NCBI RefSeq assembly: GCF_000341395.1
Contig: NC_020304.1
Location: forward strand, 300,001 to 332,000
Direction: 5' to 3'
Length of the DNA stretch: 32,000 bases
DNA from: Desulfocapsa sulfexigens DSM 10523
Lineage (GTDB): Bacteria > Desulfobacterota > Desulfobulbia > Desulfobulbales > Desulfocapsaceae
Shown here: positions 26,775 to 32,000 of the stretch, piece by piece
Position numbering within the stretch: the first letter of the stretch is position 1
Layout of the letters: every line of letters starts with the position of its first letter
Notes under the pieces: generated by a model
Seen by the model: the letters and a program-made list of their open reading frames with translations, nothing else
Told to the model about the DNA's origin: nothing
Databases searched by the model: none
Position numbers and translations under genes: made by a program

Positions 26775-26989
26775 AACCGGAGACATACAAATCCGACATC
26801 CAGAAATATTCCTCAAATATTTAGTAGTAACAATTACAGAGACGAACATAGAGGATTGTTAAATGTCTTTCATCAGAGAAGATAATATCGGCAAAAGCAG
26901 CTTTATTGGATGAAACAGAAACCACTTTAGTAGATACAGATTTACACAATTCACTGTTCGAGTCTCTACAACTTTACTATAGTCCGTTC

Positions 26990-29302
26990 ATGAAAAAAGT
27001 TTCTTTCTTCACATTGGCCTTTCTTATATTGACGGCAATCTCTCTCCTTGCGGTCGCGGTGTATGTACTCGACCTCGACAGACAAATCTCGACTCACTTC
27101 GAAGGGAGGCGTTGGGAGCTCCCGGCTCGGATTTATGCCCGGCCCCTTGAGCTGTATATCGGGAAAACACTCACACTCGATGAGTTGACAAAAGAACTTC
27201 TCCAATTGCACTACAGCCAGATAGAGAGTCCTGAAAAACCTGGTGAATACAGTGTTCGAGGTAACAGAGTTATATTCTACAGCCGCAATTCCCCTTTTCC
27301 TGATGCCCTGCGTCCTGCTATGGCAGTTGAGCTTGCGATCCAGGATAAAACCATTACTCACCTTGCAGACCACAACACTCAAGAACCAATCACCCTGTTC
27401 CAGTTAGAACCGGTACAGTATGCTTCCATATATCCGACTCATAACGAAGACCGATTGTTGATTAACCTGGCAGATGTGCCGGAGTTACTTATCAGGACTC
27501 TGCTCCTGGTGGAAGACAAAAGTTTTTATAACCATTGGGGTATCCGGCCTACGGCAATCATCAGGGCCGCTCTTGCTAACATCAAGGCTGGCAAGACCGT
27601 GCAGGGCGGCAGCACACTGACCCAGCAACTGGTAAAAAACATCTTTCTCAGCAGTGAACAAACCCTGCCCCGAAAGATCAACGAGGCTGTCATGGCCCTG
27701 CTGCTTGAATACCATTACAGCAAGGATGAGATCATGGAAGCCTATCTCAACGAGGTCTATCTTGGCCAGGACGGGAAACGTGCTATTCATGGCTTTGCCA
27801 TGGCAAGCAGATTCTATTACGGTCGGGATCTCGCGGAGTTGGAACCGGCACAGATTGCCTTGCTGGTTGGAATCGTCAAGGGAGCGTCCTACTATAACCC
27901 CAGACGACACCCTGAGCGGGCAACAGCACGGCGTAATCAGGTTCTCGACATCCTGGCGTCTGCGAAAGGAATCGTCCCGGAAAAAACCGAGCAACTAAAG
28001 AACAGTCCTCTCACCGTTACCCAGAAAATCCCCTCCGGTATCACCCCCTATCCGGCGTTTTTGCAGTTGGTACGCAAACAGTTGAAGAGGGATTACAAAG
28101 ACGCAGACCTGCGCAGTGAAGGCTTGTCGATCTTCACAACCCTGGATCCAATCATCCAACAACAGGCAGAAAAGAGCCTTACCGGTGAGCTTGCTACCAT
28201 TGAAAAAAACAGAGGAGACAAGCCCCCGAAAACGCTTCAGGGATCCCTGGTCATTGCCTCGGTAGATCAGGGCGAGGTAGTCGCTGTTGTCGGTAGCCGC
28301 ACTCCAGGACAGGCCGGGTTTAACCGGGCACTGGATATGAAACGGCCCATCGGCTCGATTATTAAGCCGGCGGTTTACCTGACCGCCCTGACCCGACCCG
28401 AGTCATATAACCTGCTGACCACCCTGTATGACACCCCACTCAAGGTGCCGATGAGTGGAAAAGACTGGCAACCAGAAAACTATGACAAAACGTTTCATGG
28501 GCCGTTGCCCCTGATACAGGCATTGGCACATTCGTATAACGTGGCCACCGTCCAGCTAGGGATGGACCTGGGCCTTGACGCCGTTATCGACACAATACAT
28601 GGGCTCGGCATAGAAGAAGATATCACCGCCTATCCGTCACTGTTGCTGGGAGCCATCGAACTGCCACCCATTGATGTCCTGCAGGTGTACCAGACCATTG
28701 CTGCTGGTGGCTACAAAACCCCACTGCGCTCCATCCTGGCCGTTACCGACCAGACGAACACCACCCTGCAACGCTATCCGCTAACAGTGCAGCAGGCTGC
28801 AGATCCGGGTGCAGTCTTCTGCCTGACAACGGCCCTGCAGGCAGCCACGACCACGGGTACTGCCAAATCCATACAACACCTCCTGCCGGAAGGCCTGACG
28901 GTGGCCGGGAAAACAGGAACTACAGATAACTTGCGTGACTCCTGGTTTGCCGGCTTCAGCGGTCAACACGTTGCAGTGGCCTGGGTGGGACGCGATGACA
29001 ATACGTCGACCGGTCTCACCGGAGCAACTGGTGCACTGAAGATATGGGCAGCAACCATGGCCGGAATCAGTACCAGTCCGCTGCAACCACAACCACCCGA
29101 GACTATTGACTGGTATTATTCAGACATTTCTGCCGGCACAATACTCAATCCAAAATGCGGCAAAGACCAGGGACCAGCGCTGCCCTTTATTCGAGGTGGT
29201 GTGCTGCCCGAAGCCAGCTCCTGCAAACAGGAGCAACATGACAACAGCTTTGAACAAAAGCTGCAAAGAGGAATAAACAACATCCTTGATTTCTTGCACT
29301 GA
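26990..29302 (+). CDS. mrcB: Bifunctional penicillin-binding protein 1B (glycosyltransferase/transpeptidase with UB2H-like insert)
   Basis: ATG at 26990 precedes the TM anchor (the track TTG at 26906 is less likely). UB2H-like segment RRWELPARIYARPLELYIG.... GT51 motifs EDKSFYNHWG, GGSTLTQQL and RKINEA. Transpeptidase motifs SIIK (SxxK), SYN (SxN) and KTGTT. Confidence 0.85.
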   Translation: MKKVSFFTLAFLILTAISLLAVAVYVLDLDRQISTHFEGRRWELPARIYARPLELYIGKTLTLDELTKELLQLHYSQIESPEKPGEYSVRGNRVIFYSRNSPFPDALRPAMAVELAIQDKTITHLADHNTQEPITLFQLEPVQYASIYPTHNEDRLLINLADVPELLIRTLLLVEDKSFYNHWGIRPTAIIRAALANIKAGKTVQGGSTLTQQLVKNIFLSSEQTLPRKINEAVMALLLEYHYSKDEIMEAYLNEVYLGQDGKRAIHGFAMASRFYYGRDLAELEPAQIALLVGIVKGASYYNPRRHPERATARRNQVLDILASAKGIVPEKTEQLKNSPLTVTQKIPSGITPYPAFLQLVRKQLKRDYKDADLRSEGLSIFTTLDPIIQQQAEKSLTGELATIEKNRGDKPPKTLQGSLVIASVDQGEVVAVVGSRTPGQAGFNRALDMKRPIGSIIKPAVYLTALTRPESYNLLTTLYDTPLKVPMSGKDWQPENYDKTFHGPLPLIQALAHSYNVATVQLGMDLGLDAVIDTIHGLGIEEDITAYPSLLLGAIELPPIDVLQVYQTIAAGGYKTPLRSILAVTDQTNTTLQRYPLTVQQAADPGAVFCLTTALQAATTTGTAKSIQHLLPEGLTVAGKTGTTDNLRDSWFAGFSGQHVAVAWVGRDDNTSTGLTGATGALKIWAATMAGISTSPLQPQPPETIDWYYSDISAGTILNPKCGKDQGPALPFIRGGVLPEASSCKQEQHDNSFEQKLQRGINNILDFLH

Positions 29303-29328
29303 TAGATTTAATAATCGAAGGAGTATTC

Positions 29329-29348
29329 ATCCTGAAACGAGGATTTTT
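29329..29348 (+). terminator. Weak intrinsic-terminator-like hairpin after mrcB
   Basis: atcct (29329-33), loop gaaacg, aggat (29340-44), then TTTT. The stem is only 5 bp. Confidence 0.25.
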
Positions 29349-29410
29349 GAAATCTGTGGAGAAGCGACTGGATAACTGGACGTAATCATAAAGACCTATG
29401 GGGTAACACC

Positions 29411-29806
29411 ATGAAAATAACTCTCAAACTATTATCCCTTTTCCTGTTCAGTATCTTACTCTTCCAGGGCTGTGCCACCTCCCCCCCGCCACCAATTCAT
29501 TATCCCTCACCTCCCCCCAAACAGACCGACACTGTTTCCGCGAATTTCAGTCGCCAGGCAACAACACAGGTCAGACAGGGCAGACTTGATATTGCTGCAG
29601 CAACGCTGGAGCGGGGCCTGCGCATAGCACCCAAAGATGCCATGCTCTGGTCACAGCTGGCAGAGGTCAAACTGCAGCAAAACCAGTACCAGCAAGCCAG
29701 ATCTCTGGCTGAAAAATCCAACTCCCTGGCAGGTGGCTATCCGGGGATTATGGAGAAAAACAAACAAATAATTAAAGAGGCTTTGATACAAGCCGGTACC
29801 GATTAA
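29411..29806 (+). CDS. Small TPR-like lipoprotein with a Pro-rich linker (LpoP-like candidate PBP1B partner)
   Basis: Signal peptide ending LLFQG|C, which is a loose lipobox. Linker ATSPPPPIHYPSPPPKQTD. TPR-like helices follow (GRLDIAAATLERGLRIAPKDAMLWSQLAEVKLQQNQYQQARSLAEKS). The gene lies directly downstream of mrcB. Confidence 0.55.
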   Translation: MKITLKLLSLFLFSILLFQGCATSPPPPIHYPSPPPKQTDTVSANFSRQATTQVRQGRLDIAAATLERGLRIAPKDAMLWSQLAEVKLQQNQYQQARSLAEKSNSLAGGYPGIMEKNKQIIKEALIQAGTD

Positions 29807-29955
29807 CACCTTGTCTGCCCAGTACTGGTGTTTAGAAAGTTCACTCCCCACCAGAAGAGTTTGGGCTGGATTTATGCTTTTTTGTATTTTCAGGAATTGT
29901 ATACTTGACCAGGTACTTATCCAATAAAATCGAAAAACATTAAGGAACCCCAAAA

Positions 29956-30417
29956 ATGCGAATTATTACTTTTATCTTTTTTGTTTTGTTTGCTTTTCCT
30001 GCCTTCTCAGCTGAAAATAAAACAGAACTTTCGTCTGGACAAACGCTTTATGTAGCTATTTATTCAAATGTTTTTATTGGACCGAAAGAGCACCCCTTCA
30101 ATCTAGCTGCAATGCTCAGCATAAGAAATACAGATTTATACAATCAACTCACTATCACCTCAGCAGAATACTTTGACAACAATGGCAAAATATTAAAGGA
30201 ATACGCTAAAGAACCAATACTTCTTGCTCCTCTGGCGTCACATCACTTTTCAATAAAAGAAAGAGACGAATCTGGCGGCTTTGGCGCAAACTTCATCGTC
30301 AAATGGAAAGCAACGAAAAAAATAAATCCACCAATAATCGAAAGCGTAATGATCGGAACAGGATCAGGAATCTCTTTTGTGAGTCAAAGTAAGGTAATTG
30401 ATGAAAACACTAAATAA
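29956..30417 (+). CDS. DUF3124-family secreted protein
   Basis: Signal peptide MRIITFIFFVLFAFPAFSA. Family-like blocks GQTLYVAIYSNVF, LSIRNTD, GGFGANFIVKW and ESVMIG. Confidence 0.65.
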   Translation: MRIITFIFFVLFAFPAFSAENKTELSSGQTLYVAIYSNVFIGPKEHPFNLAAMLSIRNTDLYNQLTITSAEYFDNNGKILKEYAKEPILLAPLASHHFSIKERDESGGFGANFIVKWKATKKINPPIIESVMIGTGSGISFVSQSKVIDENTK

Positions 30418-30527
30418 AAAGCCACTTGACCTATATATGCACCAGACGCAGAGATACCATTTTTTGCTGACAAACACTGGGTACGCTAGCGATGCATAAC
30501 CTTATATTTTGTTAGAAAAACAATGTA

Positions 30528-30851
30528 ATGAAAAAAATTGATTATCGAAATCAGGCGTTAAAAATCCTACCGTGGATCTGTGGTAACTGTGGCCGTGATT
30601 TTTCAGGAAAAAAACTCAGAGAGTTGACGGTCCATCACAAAGATCATAATCATAAAAATAATCCCCCTGACGGAAGCAACTGGGAACTATTGTGTCTCTA
30701 TTGTCATGACAACGAGCACTCCCGTATCTTGGATTCCGAATGGCTGCCAAGCCACAATTCTGACAACGACCGAAGCCCAGCTGCATACAATACTCCTTTT
30801 AAAAACCTCAATAAACTTGTATCTGACAAGAAAAACAACGAACCAGAATAG
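30528..30851 (+). CDS. yajD: YajD-like HNH nuclease-family protein
   Basis: CGNCG...LTVHHKDHNHKNNPPDGSNWELLCLYCHDNEH, a close match to the YajD HNH/zinc-finger core. Confidence 0.8.
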   Translation: MKKIDYRNQALKILPWICGNCGRDFSGKKLRELTVHHKDHNHKNNPPDGSNWELLCLYCHDNEHSRILDSEWLPSHNSDNDRSPAAYNTPFKNLNKLVSDKKNNEPE

Positions 30852-31085
30852 CAAAGGCAGGAAACGCAACACGGCCCCGAAACTGCATTGGGTCGGTTAT
30901 CTCGACTTTACAGATACTTGGTACTACAAGGAGCCAATTTCACCACTTAGTTATGTGTGCTTGACTTATTTCCCACTATTGATAGAGTAATTCATTCTTG
31001 GAAGTCTTCAGCGGTAGAGAGTTGGACATAAAAACGCAACAAAGGCCTCGCTCCTTAACCAAAAAGCACTGTAAAGAAAAACCAA

Positions 31086-31450
31086 ATGAGAACAATTAAT
31101 ATAGCAACTTTTTTCATGGCTATTCTATTGCTGAGTGTCAACGCATCTGCCCAACCTTCAGGAGAGGAGAGGCAGGGGAATTCGTAATTCATAATCAATC
31201 AGAAAAAATCGTAGTCGGATTTTATACCAATGATGGGAATGGATGGAGCTCGAACTGGCTTTCAGAAGAGCTTGCCCCGGACCAAGCCGCTACGGCTGAA
31301 TTTGCAGATGACATGGGAGCTTGTGACCAGATACTGCAAGTGGGATGGCTTGGTGAGGATGGCAGTGAAATTCTTGACGATCCAATCAGTATAGATATTT
31401 GCAAAACGTCTAATGTTTATGTTTCAGACAATGAAATATACTATGACTGA
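31086..31450 (+). pseudogene. Small secreted protein interrupted by a frameshift (or an assembly error)
   Basis: ATG at 31086 encodes a good signal peptide, MRTINIATFFMAILLLSVNASA|QPSGEERQGNS, and then stops at TAA 31185-87. A second frame is open from about 31101 to TGA 31448-50. It encodes a coherent 90-aa domain (EFVIHNQSEKIVVGFYTNDGNGWSSNWLSEE...CDQILQVGWLGEDGSEILDDPISIDICK...). That frame has no ATG/GTG/TTG until late. Confidence 0.5.
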
Positions 31451-31638
31451 CAGATAAGAGATTGAAGGCCATCTCACTCTCGCGGCCTGCCTGGAGCGAA
31501 CATCGGGGATAATTCATTGTTTTTTTTTAAGTTCTATAGAAACATAGCAGACAGAGATATCAAATACGATTAGACTGAGAAAAGCCAACCCGTCGTTAAA
31601 GACAGGAAGGAGAGCCACTGGCCTTCTGTTATATAGAT

Positions 31639-31677
31639 AGCCGGGTTGCCTTAAATGAGGTGGCCCGGCTTTTTTTG
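31639..31677 (+). terminator. Rho-independent terminator with no CDS immediately upstream
   Basis: agccggg (31639-45) / cccggct (31664-70) form a 7-bp GC-rich stem, followed by TTTTTTT (31670-77). It is preceded by a second imperfect hairpin acaggaagg...ccttctgt. Confidence 0.5.
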
Positions 31678-31766
31678 TTCAGTTCATGGCTATAGTTGTG
31701 GACAGACTCTTATAATGGCATAATTGGATCCGACCACATAACTCATCAGCCAAGGAAACAAAAAAA

Positions 31767-31970
31767 ATGCCTTTTGTTAATATCAAAATCACAAATGAAG
31801 ATGTTACTCCTGAAAAGAAAGCTGAATTAATAAAAGGGGCAACTGAATTATTAAAAAATGTGCTTGGAAAAAATCCGGCAACCACAGTTGTTGTAATTGA
31901 AGAGATAGATACAGACAATTGGGGGATCGGTGGGGAAACTGTCACCCAAAGAAGAAAAAACGGAAAATGA
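31767..31970 (+). CDS. 4-oxalocrotonate tautomerase-family protein
   Basis: MPFVNIKI... has the catalytic Pro-1 after Met. At 67 aa it has the typical 4-OT length and beta-alpha-beta pattern (PEKKAELIKGATELLKNVLGKNPATTVVVIEEI). Confidence 0.8.
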   Translation: MPFVNIKITNEDVTPEKKAELIKGATELLKNVLGKNPATTVVVIEEIDTDNWGIGGETVTQRRKNGK

Positions 31971-32000
31971 AAACTGTTTTCATAACCAGAACTTCATATT

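Noticed and set aside
30862-31041. 10-nt direct repeat aaacgcaaca at 30862-30871 and 31032-31041, which might flank an inserted element.
   Set aside because: Hundreds of 10-mer coincidences are expected by chance in 32 kb. Nothing mobile lies between the copies.
31711-31716. A perfect TATAAT hexamer upstream of the tautomerase gene.
   Set aside because: There is no acceptable -35 at 16-18 nt. TTGTGG is only 9 nt away and TTCATG is 22 nt away. This is not enough to call a promoter.
1-32000. A search by eye for CRISPR arrays, tRNA/rRNA genes, IS elements, integrases, toxin-antitoxin pairs, and reverse-transcriptase or defence-island hallmarks.
   Set aside because: I found none. The only nuclease-like gene is a housekeeping-type YajD HNH protein. 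The only extended repeats are the coding repeats inside cpaB.

Overview
The window is about 32 kb of chromosomal DNA. Hand counts on a few lines put most genes near 47-55% GC, with an AT-rich tail after about 29.8 kb. The domain repertoire suggests a deltaproteobacterium or Desulfobacterota-like organism, but that is inference only. I saw no rRNA, tRNA, CRISPR array, transposase or integrase. All family calls below come from motif recognition by eye, not from searches.

Layout:
- 85-9127 (+): a tightly coupled Tad/Flp (type IVc) pilus operon. It runs Flp-like prepilin, CpaB with a very long repeat extension, secretin CpaC, FHA-fused CpaF ATPase, TadB, TadC, DUF192, TPR lipoprotein, TadE-like pseudopilin. 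A stand-alone PilZ gene follows.
- 9659-14681 (-): DUF2868-like membrane protein, translationally coupled to a DUF3482-type GTPase, followed by DUF2207.
- 14734-17366 (+): EamA transporter, MBL-fold hydrolase, a Cys-rich protein, and a 38-codon stump of an RluA-type pseudouridine synthase.
- 17436-25417 (+): an 8-kb sensory block made of a heme-c (CxxCH) MCP and two large PAS histidine kinases that share a Cys-motif PAS domain.
- 25418-25691: a GC-rich, hairpin-rich spacer with no assignment.
- 25692-29806 (+): CaCA antiporter, PBP1B, and a small TPR lipoprotein in the LpoP position.
- 29.8-32 kb: an AT-rich tail with DUF3124, YajD, a frameshifted small secreted protein, an orphan terminator and a 4-OT tautomerase.

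The best candidates for something undescribed are (a) the DUF2868/GTPase(/DUF2207) membrane module and (b) the unusual Tad machine, which combines a 641-aa repeat-bearing CpaB, FHA-CpaF, an embedded DUF192 and an oversized Flp.
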